Below, piece by piece: positions 56,487-64,000 of a stretch of 64,000 bases of DNA. The notes below the pieces were generated by a model. That model made no database searches. It worked only from the letters and a program-made list of their open reading frames with translations, and was not told the origin of the DNA. Location: positions 164 through 64,163 of the forward strand of contig JAJRWB010000076.1 of assembly GCA_024276995.1 (NCBI GenBank). Reading direction: 5' to 3'. This stretch comes from Candidatus Eiseniibacteriota bacterium. GTDB lineage: Bacteria; Orphanbacterota; Orphanbacteria; Orphanbacterales; Orphanbacteraceae. Position numbers and translations under genes: made by a program. Every line of letters starts with the position of its first letter. Position 1 is the stretch's first letter.

Positions 56487-59400
56487 ATGGAATGTTTCCT
56501 GCTGACGAAGACCGGTGCGAGGCCGTTTCTCGCGGCACTCGCTGTCACAACCTTTATCTTTATTCCGTGGCGGGCGGCGGCGGTATCGCCTCCGTCGCCC
56601 GAACTGTCCGCCGCGGCGGCGAAATGGGAGAGAGTGCTCGACATTCCGCGGGAAGATTACGGCCCGGTGGCGAAGAACGCGACAGGAGGTGAACTGCTCG
56701 TTCTTCTGTGTGACACCGATGACCGCCCCGCCGATCGGACGGTGAACTCCCGGGAGCGGTGGAACGATCTTTTTTTCGCCCCGCGCCGCTCGGTGGCGGC
56801 GCATTGGGAGGAGGCGACGAGGGGACGGGTCGTGTTCCGGGGGAGCGCGGCGGAATGGATTCGCCTCGATGGACGCTATGATGACTACCGGAGCGATCTC
56901 TCCCTCTTCGCCGCCCACGCGTTCGCCGCCCTCGCCGGCACGGTCGACTGGAGCCGCTACGACTGGGACGGCGACGGGCTCGCCGAGGGCGTGGTGATCG
57001 TTCACGCCGGCAGGGGGGGGGAGGAGACGGGCAGTACGGGCGACATCTGGTCGCAGGCGCGCCGATTCGCCTCCCCGCCCGGGGGTTTCCCGGTGGAGGC
57101 GGCGGCGTTCGTTCCCGAGGACGGCCGGCTCGGGGTTTGCGCCCACGAAACGGGACATCTCCTCGGGCTTCCCGACCTATACGATCGATCACTCCGGTCG
57201 ATGGGCCTGGGGATCTGGTCGCTCATGGCTTACGGCACCTGGGCGGGCGGAGGAGACAGTCCGACGGGACTCGATGCGTGGTCTCTCTTCGCGCTCGGGC
57301 TCGGCGGTGAGGCGCCCGGCAGTGATGAAAACGGCGTCTGGACGATGCACTTGTTCGGCGATTCCCCCGGTCCCGTCCGGATCGTGACGGCGGCCGATCG
57401 GCGGGAATCATTCCTCCTCGGATGGCGGCGCCGCGCAGGGGTCGACTCGCTCCTGCCCGGTGGGGGACTCGAAATCTATCATATAAACGATCGATACCGG
57501 GGAAACAGCGCCCCCGATCACTACCACGTCGCCCTCGAACAGGCGGACGGTCTCTTCGACCTGGAGCGGTCGAGCGATTTTCGCGGATGGGGCGATGACG
57601 GAGATCTCTATCCCGGTTCGACGGGAAATGTCGCCTTCACGGCGTCGACTCTCCCGTCGAGCCGGCTGAGCGGCGGTCTTCGAAGCGGAATCGCGCTCGA
57701 TATCGACACCTTCACCGCGGCGGAAGGGGTGACGATCACCGGAACGGCACAGGCGCCTCTCGCGCCGGAACTCGAGGTGCAATCCGTCCATATTCTCGAT
57801 GGCGGGGAGACCGACCGTCTTGTCACGGGACGGCGGTGTGTCGTGGAGGTCACCGTGCAGAACCGGGGGAACGCGGTGTCGCCGCCACGGGAGGTGACCG
57901 CCCTCGCGGAGGAGACCTTTCTCTCGGTGCCGTCCGGCCGGGCGCTGCTTCCGGAGCTGGCCGTAGGGGAGTGGAGCACCGCGGAGAACTCGCCCCGTTT
58001 CAAAATGGTCGTCGATTCGACGAAAACGGGGCCGGGTGCGGTCCATGTCGTCCTCTCGCCCGACTCGATCTGGCTCGGCGATCCGGCGCGGCTGGAGATC
58101 GGTTTCCTTCCCCCCGAGCGGCCCGGGTGGCCGGTGGCGGTGACCGAAGGGTGGGGTGTGGGCGAACCGTCGTTTCTCACCGCAGCCGGTGATACCGCCG
58201 GCGCCCTTCTCACCGGCGATCTCGCAGGACGGCTCTTCCGGATCGGTGAAGACGGTAGGAGGGAAATCCTCGCCGACGTGGGCGGACCGCCGGCGGGAAG
58301 ATGCGCCGTGGCGGATATCGATGGCGACGGCGCCGAAGAGATCGCGCTCCTGACCGAGAAAGGAACACTCTATCTTCTCGGATCGGACGGAAGTGTTTTC
58401 GCCGGCTGGCCGGTGTCTCTCGACACGCCGGTGCCGGGGGGGCCTCTCCTGATGGAGGAGGTGGACCGCTCCTGGTCGGTGGTCGTCTCCGCCGGGACGG
58501 CGCTTCATCGTTTCGACCGTGGCGGAGCGGAGCGCGACGGCTGGCCGGTTCGTTTCGGAAGCGAAATCACGGTGCCCGTACTCTTCGTCAACCGAAGAGA
58601 GGACGGTGTAGTGGTGATCGACGGCGAAGGGGCGGCCCACCTTCTCTCCCCCGCCGGTGTCGAGCGAAACGGATGGCCCGTTCCGCTGGGCTCGCCGGGC
58701 GTATCGGCGCCGGTGGTGGCGATGTTCGGATCGATCACGCTCGTCGTCGCGTGTGAGGATGGAACGATTCACGGCCTCCGATGGGACGGAACACCGGCGC
58801 CGGGCTGGCCGGTCGACACGGGAGAACCGTCGTTTGGCACGGCGCTCGCTGTGGCGGATGTCGACGGCGATGGTTATGACGAGGTGGCGGTCGCCCCCTC
58901 GCACAGCTGCACACTGCTCGACCGCGGCGGCGTTCCTCTCGCCGGTTGGCCCGTGTCGACGCTTCCCGGGAGGAAGAGCGCCCTCCTCCTCGCCGATGTG
59001 GCGGGCGACGATCGCTTCGAAGTGATCGCCGGCAACCGCGACGCCGGGTGGTACGGGTGGGATTCACGAGGGCGTCCCCTCGCCGGCTGGCCCGTCCCGG
59101 CGGAGGGGTTCGCCGGCGTGTCCGCCCTCGCCGATCTCGACGGCGACGGCACGTGGGAGATCTATGCCGACGACTCAGCACGGGGCTGGCGGGCCTTCGA
59201 CCTCGCCGGCGGAATCCGGAAGCGACCCGCCTGGACCCTTTCACGGGGAGACGCTGCGGCCACGGGAAACCTTCCCGCGCCGGCGGGTGGTCTTCCCGAC
59301 CTCGAGGTGATATTTCCCGAACCGGGCATCTCCGATGAGCGTCTCTGGGCGGGCGATCCGGTGCGAATTCCGTTTCTTATCGTCAACCGGGGGGTGGGGG

Positions 59401-61157
59401 AGAGCGCCGCGACGCTCCTGCGAACATCGTGGCGAACGGGATCGTCCGGCGGAGCGGCCGCGGTCGACTCGATGGTCGTCACCGCGATCCTTCCGGGGGA
59501 CACGGTCCGCGTCGATCTCGACTCCCGGGTGCCGTACGCGGAGGATGAAGGAACCGTTTTCGAAGCCCGCCTGGATCGATCGGGAAGCGAGACGGCTCTC
59601 GAAAACAACACCGCCGTCGTTTCGATCGGGAAAACCGTCCCGGGCGACCGACTCGAGTTTTCCGGCTATGGTATCGCCCCGACGGAAATCGCCTTGTGCG
59701 ATGGGATGCTCTACCAGGTAGTGGCCGGTTTCGTGCTGCCCCGGGAGCTTCGAACCGGCACGGATCGAAACGATCTTGTCGTGGCGGGTCACGACCTGTC
59801 GGTATCGGTGAACGATTTCTTCGTGATCAGCGGGAACCGGGTGGAGCGGGTCGATCTTCATTCGGGAATGAAGGAGTTCCTCACCGGTTCGTCGAACCTC
59901 CCCTGCTGTCCGTCGGCGGGGAACGAAGTTTCGATCTGGACGGAGAGCCAGTGCGGCGGAAGAAGCAGCATCGCCGTTTTCCACCGGTCCACGGGACGGA
60001 TCGATTACATGCCGTGCAGGAATCAACCGGTCGGGAAGCCGGCGGCTGCGGGCGGCGTCGCGTACTGGGCCGAGTCGGACGGAGACGGGAGCGCGCTTCT
60101 GAGCGCGAATCTCGATACCGGGACGGTCCGGGAAATCTACTCGACAAGCGATCGAATCGGTCTTCTCGCGGCGGATTCGTCGGGCGCGCTGTTCGCCCTT
60201 TCCCCCGCCGGAGGCACGAGCCTCCTCTTCTATGACGGCGTCGCCGGTTCGGTGCGCCTTCTCGCCCGCCGTGACGGCGCGATCGAATCGATCGCCATGG
60301 CGAAAGGTCTCGCCGTATGGAGCGAAAGGATGGGGGGAGAGGCGGATCTCTTCGCCATGGAAATCGAAGGGGAAAGGATCTACCCGATCTGTCTCGCCGC
60401 CGGGGACCAGGGAAGCGTCTCCCTTTCGGGCGACACGATCGTTTGGATCGATGCCCGGACCGCCCCCGCTGTCGCGAGGGGAATGCATGTGGAGCGGGAT
60501 CTCTTCGATGACCGGTCGATGGGGGGGGAGGAAGGCGCCGGAAAACCGCAATTCACCGTGCGGTTTCTCCGCGCCGAAGTGCTTGGCGATTCGGTGCGCC
60601 TCGACTGGCGGGTGGTCGGCGAGGTTTCCGAAGGCGTTTTCAAGCTCCTTCGCACCGGGGCGGGAATCTCCCGGGCCGATCTCGCCGACTCGATCGCCGC
60701 CGGGCGGATACAGGGCGAAGGTTTCTACTCGTTCGTCGACCATCTCGCACCCGATCGAAAGAGGCCGGAATTCCTTTACTACTATATCGAGGCGAACGTG
60801 GGAAAGACACGTATCACCGCCGGGCCGCTCGCCGTTCGACCGCCGGCGGTTCCCGTCTCCTGGGTCGTGGAACCGCCCTATCCGAATCCGGCGTCGAAGA
60901 CGGTGAGACTCGCTTTTTCGGTACCGTCCTTTGTCGTGCTCCCGGAAAAAAGGGAAACGATTCTCGAGGTGTTCGACATCCGCGGGAGGAGAGTTCGAAA
61001 GGAGCGGTTCGGTGTGGTTGGAAGGGGGAGGAGGAGTGTCGAATGGGATCTCCTAGACGGGAGCGGAAGGGACGTCCGGTCGGGGCTGTATTTCCTCCGC
61101 CTCGCCGTGGGGGACCGGCGGTTTCCCGCCAGGAAAGTGTTGGTGGTTCGGCGTTGA
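56487..61157 (+). CDS. Secreted M6 (immune inhibitor A-like) metalloprotease with FG-GAP-like repeats, CARDB-like Ig domains and C-terminal sorting domain
   Basis: IVHAGRGGE, AHETGHLLGLPDLYD, WSLMAYGTW, LEQADG; GWPV and DxDGDG repeats; PYPNP...SGLYF C-terminus; GGAGGAGG ribosome-binding site. Confidence 0.85.
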   Translation: MECFLLTKTGARPFLAALAVTTFIFIPWRAAAVSPPSPELSAAAAKWERVLDIPREDYGPVAKNATGGELLVLLCDTDDRPADRTVNSRERWNDLFFAPRRSVAAHWEEATRGRVVFRGSAAEWIRLDGRYDDYRSDLSLFAAHAFAALAGTVDWSRYDWDGDGLAEGVVIVHAGRGGEETGSTGDIWSQARRFASPPGGFPVEAAAFVPEDGRLGVCAHETGHLLGLPDLYDRSLRSMGLGIWSLMAYGTWAGGGDSPTGLDAWSLFALGLGGEAPGSDENGVWTMHLFGDSPGPVRIVTAADRRESFLLGWRRRAGVDSLLPGGGLEIYHINDRYRGNSAPDHYHVALEQADGLFDLERSSDFRGWGDDGDLYPGSTGNVAFTASTLPSSRLSGGLRSGIALDIDTFTAAEGVTITGTAQAPLAPELEVQSVHILDGGETDRLVTGRRCVVEVTVQNRGNAVSPPREVTALAEETFLSVPSGRALLPELAVGEWSTAENSPRFKMVVDSTKTGPGAVHVVLSPDSIWLGDPARLEIGFLPPERPGWPVAVTEGWGVGEPSFLTAAGDTAGALLTGDLAGRLFRIGEDGRREILADVGGPPAGRCAVADIDGDGAEEIALLTEKGTLYLLGSDGSVFAGWPVSLDTPVPGGPLLMEEVDRSWSVVVSAGTALHRFDRGGAERDGWPVRFGSEITVPVLFVNRREDGVVVIDGEGAAHLLSPAGVERNGWPVPLGSPGVSAPVVAMFGSITLVVACEDGTIHGLRWDGTPAPGWPVDTGEPSFGTALAVADVDGDGYDEVAVAPSHSCTLLDRGGVPLAGWPVSTLPGRKSALLLADVAGDDRFEVIAGNRDAGWYGWDSRGRPLAGWPVPAEGFAGVSALADLDGDGTWEIYADDSARGWRAFDLAGGIRKRPAWTLSRGDAAATGNLPAPAGGLPDLEVIFPEPGISDERLWAGDPVRIPFLIVNRGVGESAATLLRTSWRTGSSGGAAAVDSMVVTAILPGDTVRVDLDSRVPYAEDEGTVFEARLDRSGSETALENNTAVVSIGKTVPGDRLEFSGYGIAPTEIALCDGMLYQVVAGFVLPRELRTGTDRNDLVVAGHDLSVSVNDFFVISGNRVERVDLHSGMKEFLTGSSNLPCCPSAGNEVSIWTESQCGGRSSIAVFHRSTGRIDYMPCRNQPVGKPAAAGGVAYWAESDGDGSALLSANLDTGTVREIYSTSDRIGLLAADSSGALFALSPAGGTSLLFYDGVAGSVRLLARRDGAIESIAMAKGLAVWSERMGGEADLFAMEIEGERIYPICLAAGDQGSVSLSGDTIVWIDARTAPAVARGMHVERDLFDDRSMGGEEGAGKPQFTVRFLRAEVLGDSVRLDWRVVGEVSEGVFKLLRTGAGISRADLADSIAAGRIQGEGFYSFVDHLAPDRKRPEFLYYYIEANVGKTRITAGPLAVRPPAVPVSWVVEPPYPNPASKTVRLAFSVPSFVVLPEKRETILEVFDIRGRRVRKERFGVVGRGRRSVEWDLLDGSGRDVRSGLYFLRLAVGDRRFPARKVLVVRR

Positions 61158-61182
61158 TCGGGCAGGAGGGGGTCCGTCGAAG

Positions 61183-62802
61183 CTAGGGCGGTCCGATCGA
61201 TTCCCGGAGCGTCCGTAGACGCTCGAGTTCCGCCTGAGCCGGGGCGAAGTCGGGTGCTTCCCTCAGAGCGTTTTCGCACGCCCGGATCGCCTCGTCGGTC
61301 CGACCGAGAGAGGAGTAAAAACTGGAGAGGTTCATATAGATCAGAGGGAGCTCCGAGCGGTCGCCGTCGGCCACCGCCCTTCGGAACGACTCTTCGGCGA
61401 GGGTGATCTCTCCACGCCGCGCATGGAAGAGGGCGATTTCCGTTTCCTGTTTCGCGAAACCGTGGTGCCTGGCGATCGAAGAGATGCCTAGGACAATCAT
61501 GACGGCGGCGAGGAGGAGGGAGAGAAGAATGTCGCGCACCGCCCGGCGGCCGATGAAAGTCGCCAGGAGAAAGATGCCGTGCGCGGCGAACGGGATCATT
61601 CCGATCACGATCGGCAGGCGGTAGCGGGAGGTGATGTAGAAGACGAGAAGAGAGAAGAAGTAGGCACATACGAACAGGTGAAGATGCCCGATCCGGCGCC
61701 ACCGCTTCATGCCGAAGAAGAAGCCGATCGCGGCGAACGGCGAGATCGAGAGGAACGACGGGAGGAAACCGCTGAAAAGGGGAGAGATCCTGGCGAAGTA
61801 GTATTGGTTGTAATTGTCCGGGACCTCGTAGCCGTTGAGAGCGAGGCGGAACTTGAGGAGGATCAGACGAAGTTCCTTCCCCGGATGGGTGACGGCGAAG
61901 CGGACCGCCCTGCGGATCCAGAAAGAGGAGACTTCCGAAGGCCTGAGACTCCTTCCTTCGATCGATTCGGCATATCTGCGGGCGTCTTCCTCTTCGTGTT
62001 CCGGGACGCTTCGCACTTCGGGCGGCGGTGAGTGGATTCCCGACGCGCCCGGGTGATTTCCCACGTAGAGATTGATACCGGCGTCCGATTCGGTGAGAAC
62101 CCAGTCTCCCGCGACAAGCCGGTTTCGGGTGGTAACGGGGGCTATGGCGAACGCGGCTCCGACGAGAAAGAGAACGGCTTCACGAAGAGCCCTCCCCCGG
62201 CCGGGACGTTCCACCCTGAAAACGATCCATAAGGCGAGAAGTGGAAGGGCGAAGAGGAGATTGCCGCGGCCGCACACGGCGATACCGAGAAGGAGTCCCG
62301 CCTGCGCGAAATGAGTCTTCTTTCCGCTTTCGAGGGCATGGGTGAGGCGAAGGAGCGCGCCGGCGAGAAAGGGAAAAACGATCACCGATTTCAGGATCAT
62401 GGCGTCCTGGAAAACGAGTGTCCCGTAGAGCGATGCGATCAGCCCGGCGAGGATTCCCTCGCGCCTGGAGAAGAGCTCGCGCGTCAGGAAGTAGAGGAGG
62501 ACGCACGTGAGAGATCCGATCAGCGCCTGGACGACGCGTACCGCCATCAGGTCGCGGCCGAGGAGCGCATAGAGGGAGCCGAGAAAATAAGGGTAGAGCG
62601 GCGCCTGATAGAAAACGGTGTCGCCGGCCAGGTCGCCCGCCGCGATCCGTCCCGCCCATCGATCGTACGAGGCGGCATCGATCATCAGGTCGTCGAAGTA
62701 GGGCGAGTGGCGGAAATCGGAGAGGAACAAGAGCCTCGTGCCGAGGGCGATGGAGAAGACGAGGAGCGCTGCGATCCAATCGATTTTCTTCTGCCGGTTC
62801 GT
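61183..62802 (-). CDS. GT-C (PMT/ArnT-like) membrane glycosyltransferase with C-terminal TPR; start possibly non-canonical
   Basis: DAASYDRWA, FYQAPLYPYFL, GINLYVGN, SRYRLP; frame stays open 24 codons upstream of TTG 62730 and encodes a TM helix. Confidence 0.8.
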   Translation of the reverse strand, partial: TNRQKKIDWIAALLVFSIALGTRLLFLSDFRHSPYFDDLMIDAASYDRWAGRIAAGDLAGDTVFYQAPLYPYFLGSLYALLGRDLMAVRVVQALIGSLTCVLLYFLTRELFSRREGILAGLIASLYGTLVFQDAMILKSVIVFPFLAGALLRLTHALESGKKTHFAQAGLLLGIAVCGRGNLLFALPLLALWIVFRVERPGRGRALREAVLFLVGAAFAIAPVTTRNRLVAGDWVLTESDAGINLYVGNHPGASGIHSPPPEVRSVPEHEEEDARRYAESIEGRSLRPSEVSSFWIRRAVRFAVTHPGKELRLILLKFRLALNGYEVPDNYNQYYFARISPLFSGFLPSFLSISPFAAIGFFFGMKRWRRIGHLHLFVCAYFFSLLVFYITSRYRLPIVIGMIPFAAHGIFLLATFIGRRAVRDILLSLLLAAVMIVLGISSIARHHGFAKQETEIALFHARRGEITLAEESFRRAVADGDRSELPLIYMNLSSFYSSLGRTDEAIRACENALREAPDFAPAQAELERLRTLRESIGPP

Positions 62803-63094
62803 GTCTCAACTGCTCCATGTGCGGCGTCATATGGTTATCGCACCCGGAACCGACCGATCGGTCATCGCGGTCGGCAGAGAGGAGGTGCGGACGGCCACGA
62901 GGAAGATAGCCGCCGGCAGGGGCGGAAGTCAATCGGCCCGTCCCGGAGCGTTGGCGACGACACGAAACCGGGTGGCCGTTCATGTAGATTCGCCCCGGCA
63001 CGGTCTGTCCATCGCTTTCTCGACCCGCCTTCGAAGGGTGTTCTGAAGATTCTCGGTCCCGAACCGCCCGGTGGCGAACCGAATGGGAGGTTTC

Positions 63095-64000
63095 ATGCTT
63101 TCAAGAGTACTGTCCGGGGCGTTGCACGGCGTGGACGCGATCCTCATCCAGGTGGAGGCGGATCTCGCGGGAGGGCTTCCCGCGTTCACCGTCGTCGGAT
63201 TGCCGGACGCGGCGGTTCGCGAGTCGAGGGAGCGCGTCGCGGCGGCGCTCAAGAACTCCTCTTTCTCTTTCCCGGCGAGGAGGATCACGATCAACCTGGC
63301 GCCCGCCGGCGTAAGGAAGGAGGGAGCCCTCTATGATCTTCCCATCGCGCTCGGCCTTCTCGTCTCGTCGGAACAGATCGAACCGTTCGCCATGGAGAAG
63401 ACGCTCGTCGTCGGCGAACTTTCACTGGACGGCAGGCTACGCCCTGTGCGGGGCGTACTCCCGATGACGATTTGCGCGCGCACTTCCGGGCTAGATGCCG
63501 TGATCGTTCCTGAAGAGAACGCCGAGGAGGCCGCCGCAGTGGAAGGGATCAACATATGGCCCGCCCGTTCTCTTCTCGACGTGGTAGAGCGATTCCGTTC
63601 ACCGAACGGCTCGAAGCCCTATTCCGCCGCCCGGGGGAAGAAGGACGTTTCGTCGCGGTGCGCCGATCTATCCGAGGTGAGGGGCCATGAGCACGCCCGC
63701 CGCGCCGTGGAGGTCGCCGCGGCGGGGGGACATAATATCCTCTTCGTCGGTCCGCCCGGTTCGGGGAAGACGATGATCGCCCGCCGGCTGCCCTCGATCC
63801 TTCCCGACCTGACTCGCGACGAGGCGCTCGCCGTGACGAGGGTCTACTCGGTGTCCGGTCTCCTGTCGCCCGGTGACTCGCTGATTTCGACGCGTCCCTT
63901 TCGTTCGCCCCATCACTCCACATCCAACGCCGGCCTCGTCGGCGGGGGTGCGTATCCCCGGCCGGGAGAGATCTCCCTCGCCCATCACGGCGTTCTCTTC
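63095..64000 (+). CDS. comM: YifB/ComM Mg-chelatase-like AAA+ ATPase (3' truncated; absent from ORF track)
   Basis: GGAGG then ATG 63095; [67 protein letters not shown]. Confidence 0.93.
   Translation, partial: MLSRVLSGALHGVDAILIQVEADLAGGLPAFTVVGLPDAAVRESRERVAAALKNSSFSFPARRITINLAPAGVRKEGALYDLPIALGLLVSSEQIEPFAMEKTLVVGELSLDGRLRPVRGVLPMTICARTSGLDAVIVPEENAEEAAAVEGINIWPARSLLDVVERFRSPNGSKPYSAARGKKDVSSRCADLSEVRGHEHARRAVEVAAAGGHNILFVGPPGSGKTMIARRLPSILPDLTRDEALAVTRVYSVSGLLSPGDSLISTRPFRSPHHSTSNAGLVGGGAYPRPGEISLAHHGVLF

Noticed and set aside
62806..62808. In-frame TGA upstream of the GT-C gene as selenocysteine
   Set aside because: There is no Cys-motif context and no convincing coding sequence upstream of it.

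Overview
High-GC bacterial chromosome segment, about two-thirds GC by eye. Four secreted proteins carry a C-terminal FlgD-Ig/T9SS-type sorting domain and there is a GldAFG-like ABC transporter, which suggests an FCB-superphylum lineage such as Ca. Eisenbacteria or Latescibacterota (inference). The window opens with ffh-rpsP-khpA-rimM-trmD-rplS-rnhB-yraN. It continues with surface and secreted proteins, membrane GT-C glycosyltransferases, DNA repair genes (recD2, udg, yhaM-addB-addA, tag) and housekeeping genes, and ends in a truncated yifB/comM. I saw no tRNA, rRNA, CRISPR array, transposase or integrase. Main observations: (1) a Cyc2-like monoheme cytochrome-porin fusion with its own promoter and terminator; (2) an unannotated ~115-nt rod-shaped RNA behind a near-consensus sigma70 promoter, converging on an orphan DUF4123-like gene; (3) an AhpD-family selenoprotein split by the ORF caller (CxxU, in-frame TGA plus SECIS-like hairpin); (4) an archaeal-type geranylgeranyl reductase coupled to a ferredoxin and lspA; (5) an AddAB pair with Fe-S-type cysteines in both subunits; (6) a frameshifted GNAT pseudogene and a gene that may start at ACG. 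All calls come from reading motifs by eye; no searches were run.
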